Part shown: piece by piece, positions 28,363 to 37,753 of the stretch | Position numbering within the stretch: position 1 is the first letter of the stretch | Layout of the letters: every line of letters starts with the position of its first letter | Origin: an uncultured Thermoleophilaceae bacterium | GTDB lineage: Bacteria; Actinomycetota; Thermoleophilia; Solirubrobacterales; Thermoleophilaceae | Reading direction: 5' to 3' | Length of the DNA stretch: 64,000 nt | Assembly (NCBI GenBank): GCA_963819115.1 | Contig: CAWFUR010000012.1 | Location: 163,706-227,705 of the forward strand | Made by a program: the position numbers and the translations under genes | Notes under the pieces: model-generated | What the model saw: the letters and a program-made list of their open reading frames with translations, nothing else | The model's database searches: none | Told to the model about the DNA's origin: nothing

Positions 28363-28806
28363 CTAGGCCGGGCTGCGGGATGCCGGTCGCAGGGCCGGCC
28401 TCCCGGCGGGGCGAGAGCGGCCGCGAGTCGTGCGATGGTGTAGGCGATCGTGAGCGCGCCGCACCTCGGTTCGGGCGGCGGCGAGCTGGCGTTCGCGCAC
28501 GTCGGTCCTGGGGCTGACCGGTTTGGCCCGGCGTCTGCCGGGTTGAGCCGGGGAGCGCGGCGCAGGCGACTCGCGAATTCGCTGGTCGACTGCCAGGTCC
28601 TCGAGGAGGTAGGGGCGGGCGGCGAGTTGATCTCGGACGAAGCCGTCCGTCAGCACCTGGTGAAGCGGCCGCCCGATCCGGAGCTGCCCGGCGACGTAGC
28701 TTGCGAGCCGGTCCGCGGCTCGCGAGCGAGCGAGCAGGGAGAAGCGATGCTTGGCTGTGGCGCCGCTGGGGGTTGTGGTCGTGACTGGTGCGGAGACTTC
28801 GCGCAT
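28363..28806 (-). CDS. hypothetical protein
   Basis: ORF with a plausible segment LASYVAGQLRIGRPLHQVLTDGFVRDQLAARPYLLEDL. The C-terminal half is Arg/Pro-rich and may be non-coding read-through. Confidence 0.25.
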   Translation of the reverse strand: MREVSAPVTTTTPSGATAKHRFSLLARSRAADRLASYVAGQLRIGRPLHQVLTDGFVRDQLAARPYLLEDLAVDQRIRESPAPRSPAQPGRRRAKPVSPRTDVRERQLAAARTEVRRAHDRLHHRTTRGRSRPAGRPALRPASRSPA

Positions 28807-28822
28807 TCGTCGGTCCTCCGGC

Positions 28823-29227
28823 TCAGAGCCCGAGCACGGCGACGCCGCGCTCGCTGTAGCCGAGGTGGTGGGCGAGTTCGTGGCGCACGGTGCGACGGAT
28901 CTCGGCGGCGAGGCGCGGACGGTCTCCGCCGAAGTCGCGGCTGAGCGCGTCCCGGTTGATGACGATGCGGGCGGCCCCGTCGCCGCGCGCGACGCCTGCG
29001 CCGTGGTAGAGGCCGTAGACCCCGCGGAACTCGTCGTCGCCGCCGATGATCACGGGCACGTCGTCGAGCGCCCGCACAAGCTCGTCGGGGAGCTCGTCGA
29101 GGCTGTCCGCAACCAGCTGCGTGAAGGGGTCATCGTCACCGAGCTGCGGCTCGGGGATTGGCGTCTCGCCGCCGTCCGCCAGCGGCGCGTCGGCGCCCAA
29201 CTCTCGGATCTTGGTCAGAAGTCCCAT
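28823..29227 (-). CDS. metallopeptidase family protein (zincin-like, DUF1025-type)
   Basis: HExxH reads HELAHHLG near the C-terminus, with an acidic N-terminal half. ATG at 29227. Confidence 0.7.
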   Translation of the reverse strand: MGLLTKIRELGADAPLADGGETPIPEPQLGDDDPFTQLVADSLDELPDELVRALDDVPVIIGGDDEFRGVYGLYHGAGVARGDGAARIVINRDALSRDFGGDRPRLAAEIRRTVRHELAHHLGYSERGVAVLGL

Positions 29228-29298
29228 GCCGATGAGGATCCGCCAACGCCCGGCCGGCGGCCATCGCCCGGGCGGCTCGCTGCCCGGCGCGCCCGGGC

Positions 29299-30477
29299 TC
29301 ATACGATCGGATGACCATCGGGCGCAGGAAGCCAGACGCGCACCACGGTTCCGCCCTCCGGTGGGGCGTCGATGTCCAGCCGGCCGCCGGCGGCTTGGGC
29401 GCGCTCGTCGCAGGAGGCGAGCCCGACGTGGCCCTCGGCGACCGCCGACCTCGCGCGTTCGGGGTCGAGCCCCCGGCCGTCGTCGGCGACCTCGAGCACG
29501 ACGCCGCCCGGGGCCGTCGCGACCGTCACCGCCACGTTGCCCGCCGCGGCGTGCTTCGCCGCGTTGGCGATCAGCTCGCGTGCCAAGGAGACCAGCAAGC
29601 TGTCCTGGAGACCACTCGCTTCGTCGGCGACGCTCAGACTCCAGCGGGCGCCACCTCGCTCGCTCTGGCGCTGGACCAGCGACCGCATGGCCGCTTCGAG
29701 GCCGGCATGCTCGAGCACGTAGGGATGGAGGTCGAAGATCGCCTCTCGAAGCTGCGTCAAGCTCCCCCGCACGGCGTCGCGGGCGCGCCGGAGGGCCTCC
29801 TGGTCCCCCCGCTCGGCCTCGTCGAGTTCCTGTCCCGCGGCCAGCAGGTCCTGGACGGCCTCGTCGTGGAGCGCCTCTGCCAGGCGCTTTCGCTCCCGCT
29901 CCTCGGCCCCCATCGTCTCGGCCAGCAACCGGGTCCGGGCCGCTGCGAGCTCCTCGATACGGCGAGCCCGGCGTGTCAACACGGCAGAGAGCAGCACGGC
30001 CGCGAGCCCGATCCAGGCCAGGTAGAGCGCCTGGGTGAGCACGAACTCGAAGTCCGCTCCGAGCTTGGTGGCGGGGTGGGGAAGCGAGATCCCGAGGTAG
30101 CCGGCCACCGCGGCGGCCGACCAGAGCGCGGTCCCACTCGGCGGCATCAGGAAGGCGGCTCCTATCGGGAGCAGGAAGAATGCGAGTCGAAGCTGCGAGA
30201 ACGCTCCACCCGAGACGTAGGTCAGCGCCAGCAGCAGCGTGAAGTCGACCGCCGCGTAGGCCGCGCCGGGCACGGCGGCCCCCCAGCCCTTGAGCTCGGC
30301 CACGAGGGCGGCGATAGCGTAGACCGTGGTGACAGCAAGCAGCCAGCCGAATGCCGCCTCGCCCGTTTGCGGATGCTCGACGAGCTGCTCGCCGACGAAG
30401 ATGACCGGGAGCGCGGCGACGCGGACGACTGCCACCGCCCGCTGCGCGGCGCGGGCGGCGACATCGCGGTCGCTCAC
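29299..30477 (-). CDS. sensor histidine kinase (NarL-type, HisKA_3)
   Basis: N-terminal TM helices. H-box LAEALHDEAVQDL, plus ELIANAAKHA and VADDGRGL boxes. The start overlaps the RR stop. Confidence 0.85.
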   Translation of the reverse strand: MSDRDVAARAAQRAVAVVRVAALPVIFVGEQLVEHPQTGEAAFGWLLAVTTVYAIAALVAELKGWGAAVPGAAYAAVDFTLLLALTYVSGGAFSQLRLAFFLLPIGAAFLMPPSGTALWSAAAVAGYLGISLPHPATKLGADFEFVLTQALYLAWIGLAAVLLSAVLTRRARRIEELAAARTRLLAETMGAEERERKRLAEALHDEAVQDLLAAGQELDEAERGDQEALRRARDAVRGSLTQLREAIFDLHPYVLEHAGLEAAMRSLVQRQSERGGARWSLSVADEASGLQDSLLVSLARELIANAAKHAAAGNVAVTVATAPGGVVLEVADDGRGLDPERARSAVAEGHVGLASCDERAQAAGGRLDIDAPPEGGTVVRVWLPAPDGHPIV

Positions 30478-31121
30478 TCGAGCAGGCCGCGGCGCATTGC
30501 CTCCGCGACAGCCGCGGCCCGGTCGGAGACCCCGAGCTTCTCGTAGAGATGCTGGAGGTGCGTCTTCACGGTCGCGGGACTGAGGTAGAGGCGCTTGCCG
30601 ATATCCGGGGCGGAGAGCCCGTCGGCGGTGAGCTTGAGGATCTCCCGCTCCCGGGGCGTGAGCAGGGGCCTCTCGTCGGTCGAGCGACGCTGGATCTCGT
30701 GCGCAAGGCCGCGCTGGACCTCCTGGGAGAAGACGGTGTCGCCGCGGGCGACCGCGGCGACCGCGTCGCAGATCTCCTGGCGGGTCGACTCCTTCGACAG
30801 GTACGCCTTGGCGCCGCTACCGATGGCGGCGTAGACGATCTCGCTGTCCAGGTACGCGGAGACGAACACCACCCGTGTGGCCAGGCCGTCGCGTTCGATC
30901 GCGTTCAGCACCTGACGCCCGTCGAGGTCGGGCATCTTCATGTCGAGCACGGCCACGTCGGGCTCAAGCTCGCGGATCGCCTCGAGAGCCTCGCGGCCGG
31001 TCCCGGCCTCGCCCACGAGCTCGAGGTCGGGCCGCTCCTTCACCGCCCGCACGATGCCGTCCCGGTAGACCGGATGGTCGTCGGCCACGACGACGCGGAC
31101 TCGTGGGCGCCGCGGGCTCAC
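30474..31121 (-). CDS. LuxR/NarL-family response regulator
   Basis: REC domain (VVVADDHP...VAVLDMKMPDLDG) plus HTH LTPREREILKLTADGLSAPDIGKRLYLSPATVKTHLQHLYEKLGV. Confidence 0.9.
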   Translation of the reverse strand: MSPRRPRVRVVVADDHPVYRDGIVRAVKERPDLELVGEAGTGREALEAIRELEPDVAVLDMKMPDLDGRQVLNAIERDGLATRVVFVSAYLDSEIVYAAIGSGAKAYLSKESTRQEICDAVAAVARGDTVFSQEVQRGLAHEIQRRSTDERPLLTPREREILKLTADGLSAPDIGKRLYLSPATVKTHLQHLYEKLGVSDRAAAVAEAMRRGLLE

Positions 31122-31130
31122 AGCCCTTTT

Positions 31131-31649
31131 CTACCAGCCGGGGTGGGCGCCGCCCATGAGGCTGCGCTGGAACGCCTCGACGACTCCCGGGGTCGCGGCG
31201 TCGGAGAACGCGGTCCCGCCTCGCGCCACCCGAGCGATGCCCGCGCAGATCTCGGCTCGCGTGGCGTCCTTGTCGAGGTACCCAGCCGCCCCGGCGCCGA
31301 CCGCTTCTCTGACGAGCGAGCTGTCGAGGAAGGCGCTGAGGAGGATCACCCTCGTCCGACACCTCGGTCCGAGCGCGGTCAGCTGAGCGCAGAGCTCGAT
31401 TCCGTCCAGACGCGGCATGCGCACGTCGAGCACGGCGACATCGGGCTGCCGGCCGGCGATCAGCGCGGTCGCGGCCTCGCCGTCACCCGCCTTGCCCACG
31501 AGCTTCAGGCCGGAACGGGAGGCGATCGCTCTCGCGAGGCCGTCGCGGTAGAACGGGTGGTCGTCGGCGATCACCACCGTCGCCTCGCGGTCCTCGACGG
31601 CGGTCGCGGCCTCCGGAGCGGGGAGTTCGATCAGCTCGTTGCGATTCAT
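31131..31649 (-). CDS. stand-alone receiver domain protein (NarL-type REC lacking the HTH)
   Basis: VVIADDHPFYRDGLARAI...VAVLDVRMPRLDG is paralogous to the adjacent RR. It stops at the linker, 10 nt before the next gene. Confidence 0.75.
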   Translation of the reverse strand: MNRNELIELPAPEAATAVEDREATVVIADDHPFYRDGLARAIASRSGLKLVGKAGDGEAATALIAGRQPDVAVLDVRMPRLDGIELCAQLTALGPRCRTRVILLSAFLDSSLVREAVGAGAAGYLDKDATRAEICAGIARVARGGTAFSDAATPGVVEAFQRSLMGGAHPGW

Positions 31650-31839
31650 GGGGCCAATGTCCCGTCCCGGTTGGCTCCCGGCCATCCCAAGGGCGGGGCG
31701 GTCCACGACGACCCCGCTTCCCCCGACTGGGGGTCCACCCGTGGGAGGAGGCGACCGCCGTCGAGGACCGGCTCGCCGCCGGATGCCGGGCCTGCCGTCC
31801 CGGACGGACACTCCTGACACACGAGAGATGGAGCCGAAG

Positions 31840-32502
31840 ATGACCACCACGCTGACAATCAACGACAGACTCGAAGCCAGCCCGGCCGCCTTCCTGACGG
31901 AGGTCGCCGAAATCGCGCGGCACCTCGTCGACGAGCTGGACGGCGGCACGGCGGCAAACGTCCGACGCGACGCGGAGCGGCTGAACGTCCTCGCGCATAC
32001 GGAAGCCCCTGCCGGTGCGGACCTCGATTCCACATTCGCAGGTGCGCTGCGGTCGCGTGCGACCTCGGTCGCCGGGCTCGCCGCCCGCAGCCGGTCGCCG
32101 CTGGCGATCGCCCAAGCGGCCAACGGCGTGATCCGGCTCATCGCCGACCACCCCGAGGTGTTCGAAGACGCAGCGGCCCCTGAGCTTCTGTCGCTCGACT
32201 ACCTTGAGCGCGAGGCGCAGCTGCGCTCGCTCGCCGGGCAGCACCTTGCCGTAACAGCCGTCGTCGAGCGTGCCGTCGCGGTCTGGCCGCGTGTGCGACG
32301 CGGGCTCATCGCGGCGGGGGCGAACGAGCTCGCGCAGCAATTCGATGCCCACCTCGAGGAGCTGAGCCGCCACCAGGGCGCCGCCGGCATCCGGGACGCG
32401 ACCCGGCGGGGGAGAGAACTGATCGCCCTCATGCGGACGATCGTGCAGCGTTCCGGCGCCCGCAGTGTGGGCCAGGGCAAGCAGCCAGACGCCGGAAGGT
32501 GA
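31840..32502 (+). CDS. hypothetical protein (helical)
   Basis: ATG at 31840 (or 31828). The Ala/Leu/Arg-rich sequence has no recognisable motif. Confidence 0.4.
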   Translation: MTTTLTINDRLEASPAAFLTEVAEIARHLVDELDGGTAANVRRDAERLNVLAHTEAPAGADLDSTFAGALRSRATSVAGLAARSRSPLAIAQAANGVIRLIADHPEVFEDAAAPELLSLDYLEREAQLRSLAGQHLAVTAVVERAVAVWPRVRRGLIAAGANELAQQFDAHLEELSRHQGAAGIRDATRRGRELIALMRTIVQRSGARSVGQGKQPDAGR

Positions 32503-32525
32503 GCACCGCGACACCCTCACCTCGA

Positions 32526-32639
32526 GACTTCGGCGCCGATCCGGGGATCCTCGCCGCGGAGATTCGCCGCACCGTGCTGCACGAGATCGGCCACCATCTC
32601 GGCTATTCCGAGGCAGGCGTCACCGCGCTCGGTCTCTGA
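32526..32639 (+). pseudogene. C-terminal 38-codon fragment of a zincin-like metallopeptidase (paralogue of 28823-29227)
   Basis: Reads DFGADPGILAAEIRRTVLHEIGHHLGYSEAGVTALGL-stop. The intact copy reads DFGGDRPRLAAEIRRTVRHELAHHLGYSERGVAVLGL. Confidence 0.7.
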
Positions 32640-32894
32640 GCTCGCCCCGGCGGGCGCGGACGGGTTGCCTTCGGGGAGGGCCGGGCTCGCGTGCGCCCGT
32701 AGCGCAGGGCCAGCAGCACCGCGATCGGGATGCCGGTGAGGATCACCATCACGGTGAACCACAGGCTGGCTCCATCGGTGCCCGATCCGAACGAATGCAG
32801 TACCGCGAGCACGTAGACCGCCACCGTCGCCTGGTGGGGCGCGCTAGTCGTGGGCGAGGGCCTCGGTCACCCCGAGGACGACTGCCGCATGGGC

Positions 32895-33101
32895 TCACGG
32901 GTAGACATGCTCCCCCGTGTCCTTGTCGGTTACGGTGATCGCGCCGGCGGGGCAGGCGCGGGCGGCGGCGAGGATCGCCTCGTCGGTGCCTTCGCCGGTG
33001 ACGATCGCGATGTCCTCGAGGGTGAAGACGCCGGGGGCGACGAGCGCGCAGTCGCCATGTGCGGCGCATGCGAACTCGTCGACGTGGGGGATGAGGGTCA
33101 T
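32895..33101 (-). CDS. ferredoxin (single 3Fe-4S/4Fe-4S cluster type, 68 aa)
   Basis: CAAHGDCALVAPGVF...ARACPAGAI is the Cys pattern of small actinobacterial ferredoxins. The start overlaps the reductase stop (ATGA-type). Confidence 0.85.
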   Translation of the reverse strand: MTLIPHVDEFACAAHGDCALVAPGVFTLEDIAIVTGEGTDEAILAAARACPAGAITVTDKDTGEHVYP

Positions 33102-34294
33102 GCTGCGTTCCTTTCGGTGAGTCGGGTCTGCTGCTCCAGCAGCCTGCGTGTCTGCGCAAGGGCGTGGGGGCGGCCGACGAGCAGTGCGGCCACGGGCGTG
33201 CCGTCGCGGGTGTAGGTGGCGGTGAAGTCGCGAGCGTCCGGTTCGCCGTCGATCGTGATCGCGTCGGCGCCGTGGGCGTGTCCGAGGTATTGGATGCGCA
33301 GGCCGTGCTGGTCGCTCCAGAAGCTCTGGATCGCGGGCGGCGGCGGGTCGAGGCCGAGCATCGCGCGGGCGGCGGCCGCGCCCTGGCGGGCGGCGGCCTC
33401 CCAGTGCTCGGTGCGCACGTGCGCACCGATGCGCGCGTCGAAGGCGCGGCTGGCGTCGCCGGCCGCGTAGATGCCCGGGACTCGGGTGCGGCCGGCGGCG
33501 TCGGCCTGGACGCCGCTTTCGTCGAGGCCGCTTCCGCGCAGCCAGCTCGTCGCTGGCTCGGTCCCAATGCCGACGACGACGGCGTCGCAGTCGACGCGGC
33601 GGCCGTCGTCGAGCTCGATCGCCGAGATCGCCGTCGTGCCGCGCAGGCGCGCGATGCGCGCGGCGAGGTGCACCGTGATGCCCTCTTGGCGGTGCAGCTC
33701 GGCGAACCAGCTGCCGAGGCTCGCCCCGAGCACTGCCGCGAGCGGCGCTTCGGCGGCTTCCACGATCGTCACCTCGACGCCGATGTTTGCGGCGGTGGCG
33801 GCGACCTCCTGGCCGATGAAGCCGGCGCCGATCACGGCGAGGCGGCTGCCGGGAACGAGCGCGTCGCGAAGGCGTCGGGCGTCGCCGATCGTCCGCAACA
33901 CGTGGACGTTGTCGAAGCACTCGGTGCCGGGCAGCGTCCGCGGGGCGCCGCCGGTGGCGATCAGCAACTCAGAGAACGCGAGCCGCCTGCCCGAGTCGAG
34001 CACGAGCGCGCGGCCCGCGACGTCGAGCGCGGTTGCGCGGACACCGGTCAGGAGGTCCACGTCGTGCTCGGCGTACCAGTCGTCCGAGCGGAACCGCAGG
34101 TTGTCGTCAACGACCGTCCCGCTCAGGTACTCCTTGGAGAGAGGCGGCCGGTCGTAGGGCGCGAGCGGCTCGCCGGCGACGAGCCGGATCGTCGTTGTTG
34201 CGCCGCTGCGACGCAAAGTCTCGACGGCGCGCTGTGCCGCCAGGCCGCCGCCCGCGATCACCACTCCCGAGTTCTTCCTGGAGGTTCTGTGCAT
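33098..34294 (-). CDS. FAD-dependent ferredoxin reductase (pyridine nucleotide-disulfide oxidoreductase family)
   Basis: VVIAGGGLAAQRA (FAD GxGxxG), LAVIGAGFIGQEVA (NAD) and YAAGD block. ATG at 34294. Confidence 0.85.
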   Translation of the reverse strand: MHRTSRKNSGVVIAGGGLAAQRAVETLRRSGATTTIRLVAGEPLAPYDRPPLSKEYLSGTVVDDNLRFRSDDWYAEHDVDLLTGVRATALDVAGRALVLDSGRRLAFSELLIATGGAPRTLPGTECFDNVHVLRTIGDARRLRDALVPGSRLAVIGAGFIGQEVAATAANIGVEVTIVEAAEAPLAAVLGASLGSWFAELHRQEGITVHLAARIARLRGTTAISAIELDDGRRVDCDAVVVGIGTEPATSWLRGSGLDESGVQADAAGRTRVPGIYAAGDASRAFDARIGAHVRTEHWEAAARQGAAAARAMLGLDPPPPAIQSFWSDQHGLRIQYLGHAHGADAITIDGEPDARDFTATYTRDGTPVAALLVGRPHALAQTRRLLEQQTRLTERNAA

Positions 34295-34561
34295 GAGACA
34301 CAGGATGCGCTCACATCGGTGAGGACCCGGTAAGCCGCGGGTCAAGAACGTCTTTACCAGGCGGGGCGACCGCGCCGGTAGGCGACGTCCTGACCCCTTC
34401 ACGTGACGGTCCTTGCACGCACGCGGCGCTGCGAGGGCAATCCCCGCATGCGCGTAAGAGCGGTCTGACCTGTGGCTTACCGGCGCCTGGCGAGCGCCCC
34501 GCACACTCGTGATCGTTCACTCACACCGGCCAGTCAGCCACCCTCACCAAGGAGACACCAG

Positions 34562-34996
34562 ATGCCGACCAACACCGTCAAGCCCAGCCGGACGCCGGTC
34601 ATCCTGCTCGCCGATCGCGAGTGCGCCGGCAGCCACGACCCTGCGCTGAGTCACATCGCGCAATCCGTTCGCGGCAACGACGTCCACGTCGTCGCTTCCG
34701 CCAGCCCGCTCGCCGGCGAGCGGTGGCTCGTCGACGTGGCCGCTCGCGAGGAGGACGCTCGTCGGCGACTGGGGAGCTGGACCTCCGTGCTGGCGCCTTA
34801 CGCCTCGCTCGTCGACGGCGAGGTCGGCGACGAGAACCCGCGCCTGGCGCTTGCCGACGCGCGGCGGGAATTCGGCGACGACGCGGTGCTGATGTCCGTG
34901 AGCAACTCGACGGCTTCGCCCAAGGTGCCGCCGGTGGCTGCCGCCCGCCCAGGGTGGCTCGCCCGTCGTCGGGCCAGACGCGTCCTGGCTGCGTAG
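34562..34996 (+). CDS. hypothetical protein
   Basis: ATG is preceded by AAGGAGA. No confident family; there is a weak USP-like alternation of strands. Confidence 0.4.
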   Translation: MPTNTVKPSRTPVILLADRECAGSHDPALSHIAQSVRGNDVHVVASASPLAGERWLVDVAAREEDARRRLGSWTSVLAPYASLVDGEVGDENPRLALADARREFGDDAVLMSVSNSTASPKVPPVAAARPGWLARRRARRVLAA

Positions 34997-35018
34997 GGGC
35001 GAAGTGGCCGCCGCCGGG

Positions 35019-36464
35019 TCATGCGGCGGTCTGCCTCCGCGCAGCGGTGAACCCCGGCAGATCGAAGCTGATCGTGGTTCCCTCGCCGAGCACCGACTCG
35101 GCCCAGATGCGCCCGCCGTGCGCCTCGACGATCGCGCGGGCAATCGCCAAACCGAGCCCACTGCCGCCGCGGTCGCGCGAGCGGCTCTGCTCGGCGCGGT
35201 AGAAGCGCTCGAAGATGTGCGGCAGGTGCTCGGGCTCGATGCCGGGTCCGGTGTCGGCAACGGAGAACACCAAGTGGCCGTCGCGAGGCTCGACGGCGAC
35301 GTCGATGCGGTCGTCACGGGTCGTGTGCAGCACCGCGTTTCGTACGAGGTTGCGGAGGACCTGGGTCAGCCGGTCGGGATCGCCATCGAGCGTGCCGCTG
35401 ACGGCGGTGAGGCGGAAGTCGCGCTCGCCGAACAGCGGCAGGTCGCGGCGGAGGTCCTCGAGGAAGTCGTCGAGGTCGATCGGCTGTGGCTCGACGAGGT
35501 GGCCCGCTTCGGCGCTGGCGAGTGTGAGCATGTCGCCGACGAGCCGATCCAGCTCGTCCAGGCGTCGCAGCAGCGTCACGGTGGCCTCATGGCGGCGCGC
35601 CTGGTCGTGCTCGCGGTCGAGCAGCTCGACCTGGGCGCGCAGCACGGCGAGTGGTGTTCGCAGCTCGTGCGAGGCGTCGGAGACAAAGTCGCGCTGGCGG
35701 GCGAAGGCCCGCTCCAGGCGATCGAGCATCCGATCGAACGCGCCGCCGAGCACGCCGACCTCGCCGCGTGTCCCGCTGGTGCGGGAGCGGCGCGACAGGT
35801 CGCCTGCGTCGACCTCGGCGGCGACGTGCGTGATTCGCCGCAGGGGGCGCGCGATCACGGTGGCGATCCCGGTCCCGGCCATGACGGAGAGCAGCAGGGC
35901 GAGCGTGCCGACGAGCACGAAGGTGCGCAGCAGGCTGTCCTGGGCGTCGTGCACGCTGCGGAGCGGGTCGGCGATCTGCAGCGTCCCGACGCGCCGTGAG
36001 TGGTCATCGATCGGTTTCGTGAGGACGCGCATACGCCCGGCTTCGGGCACGGCGGCGCTGGCGAGACCGGACGGGGCGTTTATCACGCCGCGGCCGCCGG
36101 CCGCTTGGGCCTGGTCGTCGTCGTCCTCGAGCTCTCGCTGGAGGATGCGCGGCTGGTTGGTTACCGGCGTGCCGCCGGCGACGTCGATGATGAAGATCCG
36201 CGCTGCCGGGTGGTAGCGCTGCGCGTTGAGGAACCGCCGAGCGGTCCGCTCGACCGCCTCCGGCGTGGAGAGGTCGGTGCCGGCACGCAGCTGGTCCCAT
36301 TCGGCGACCTGCGTGCGCAGGTCCTCGTCGATGCGATCGCGCAGCCGCGAGCCCGTGCCGCGATACACCGCCAGGCAGGTTAGGCCGAGCGCCAGCGTGG
36401 TGATCAGCGCGATCGCGACGGCGAGCCGAGCGCGCAGGCCACCCGGCACGAGCCGTGCGCTCAC
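35019..36464 (-). CDS. sensor histidine kinase (TM-HAMP-HisKA-HATPase)
   Basis: H-box FVSDASHELRTPL, N-box LVRNAVLHT and G-boxes DTGPGI and GSGLGLAIARAIVEAHGG. Confidence 0.9.
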   Translation of the reverse strand: MSARLVPGGLRARLAVAIALITTLALGLTCLAVYRGTGSRLRDRIDEDLRTQVAEWDQLRAGTDLSTPEAVERTARRFLNAQRYHPAARIFIIDVAGGTPVTNQPRILQRELEDDDDQAQAAGGRGVINAPSGLASAAVPEAGRMRVLTKPIDDHSRRVGTLQIADPLRSVHDAQDSLLRTFVLVGTLALLLSVMAGTGIATVIARPLRRITHVAAEVDAGDLSRRSRTSGTRGEVGVLGGAFDRMLDRLERAFARQRDFVSDASHELRTPLAVLRAQVELLDREHDQARRHEATVTLLRRLDELDRLVGDMLTLASAEAGHLVEPQPIDLDDFLEDLRRDLPLFGERDFRLTAVSGTLDGDPDRLTQVLRNLVRNAVLHTTRDDRIDVAVEPRDGHLVFSVADTGPGIEPEHLPHIFERFYRAEQSRSRDRGGSGLGLAIARAIVEAHGGRIWAESVLGEGTTISFDLPGFTAARRQTAA

Positions 36465-37147
36465 GAGGAGCGCCGCAGCCGGTAGCCGACGTTGCGGACC
36501 GTTTCGATCGGACCGCCGCCCTCGCCGGCGCCGAGCTTCTTGCGCAGGTAGCCGATGTAGACCTCCAGCACCTTGGTGCCGGGGTCGAAGTCATAGCCCC
36601 AGACGGCGTTGAGGATCTGCTCGCGTGAGAGCACCTGGTCGGGGTGGCGCGCCAGATACGCCAGCAGCTCGAACTCCCGTGCGGTGAGTTGGACCTCACG
36701 GCCGTCGTGCTCGACGCGCCGCGTGCGCAGGTCCAGCCGCACGTCGCCGGCCTCCAGCACCGATGCCTCGCGCTGGCTTGGCTGGCGCAGCTGCGCACGA
36801 ACCCGCGCGAGCAGCTCCTCGAAGGAGAACGGCTTGGTCACGTAGTCGTTGGCGCCTCGGTCCAAGCCCTCGACGCGCTGCTCGATCGCGCCGCGGGCGG
36901 TGAGGACGATCACCGGCAGCTCAGGCTTGCTCCCGCGGATCGCATCGAGCACCTCCAGGCCGCTCTTGCCCGGGAGCATGACGTCCAGCAGCACCAGCCC
37001 ATAGTCCCCGGTGAGCGCCTCGAGCTCGCCGCGCTCGCCGTCATGGGCGACCGTCACGGCGTAGCCCTCGGCGCCGAGCGCCTGCTCGATGAACCCGGCG
37101 AGCGTGCGCTCATCCTCAACGACCAGGATCCTCATCTCGGGGGCCAT
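36461..37147 (-). CDS. OmpR/PhoB-family response regulator
   Basis: REC domain (ILVVEDE...LLDVMLPGKSG) plus winged helix (LTAREFELL...TVRNVGYRL). The stop overlaps the kinase start. Confidence 0.9.
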   Translation of the reverse strand: MAPEMRILVVEDERTLAGFIEQALGAEGYAVTVAHDGERGELEALTGDYGLVLLDVMLPGKSGLEVLDAIRGSKPELPVIVLTARGAIEQRVEGLDRGANDYVTKPFSFEELLARVRAQLRQPSQREASVLEAGDVRLDLRTRRVEHDGREVQLTAREFELLAYLARHPDQVLSREQILNAVWGYDFDPGTKVLEVYIGYLRKKLGAGEGGGPIETVRNVGYRLRRSS

Positions 37148-37302
37148 GCTAAGCGCCCCCAGCGTCGCCGGCGCCCGGGTAAGAGGCTTCTGACCAGGCG
37201 CTAACTGGGCGCTTGCGCACCCGATCGAGCCCGCGCTTCGCGTAAGGACCCTCCTGACCCGTCGCTTACCTGGCTCTCGTCAGCGCCCACCACGATCAAA
37301 CC

Positions 37303-37512
37303 ATGACCGACAAGACCCGTATCAAGATCGCCGCCGTCGTGACCGCGCTGTTCCTCGCCGCCGTCTCGCTGGCCGGTATCGCCACCCGAACCGATGCGCC
37401 GAAGGCGGTCTCGGCCGCATCCGCCCCGGCGGGAGTGCAGCAGCCCACGACCGCCCCTGCGCCGCCGGCCGGTGAGTACGAGGACGGAGACGGGGGCGAG
37501 GACCATGACTGA
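37303..37512 (+). CDS. small single-pass membrane protein with acidic C-terminus
   Basis: Contains IKIAAVVTALFLAAVSLAGIA and is divergent from the TCS. The 3' end overlaps the next ORF by 8 nt. Confidence 0.45.
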   Translation: MTDKTRIKIAAVVTALFLAAVSLAGIATRTDAPKAVSAASAPAGVQQPTTAPAPPAGEYEDGDGGEDHD

Positions 37513-37753
37513 TCACGCCGCCCCGGCACGCACCGAGGCGAGCGCGCGCCGTCCCGCGCTGTCGCAGACGATCCTCAGCGTCGCCGCGACCGCGACTGCC
37601 GTCGCCGCGCTCATCTGGTCGGCGCTGTTCTACGACGCCACCCGCAATCACGCAGTCGCGCTGCCCGCGACTCACGCCCAACCCGCGCATGCGGCGACCG
37701 GCGCAGCCAAGCCGGCGCCCACCGTCGCGCCCGTCACCACCCGCACATCATGA
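37505..37753 (+). CDS. small single-pass membrane protein
   Basis: Helix ILSVAATATAVAALIWSALFY. The stop overlaps the ApbE start (ATGA). Confidence 0.45.
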   Translation: MTDHAAPARTEASARRPALSQTILSVAATATAVAALIWSALFYDATRNHAVALPATHAQPAHAATGAAKPAPTVAPVTTRTS

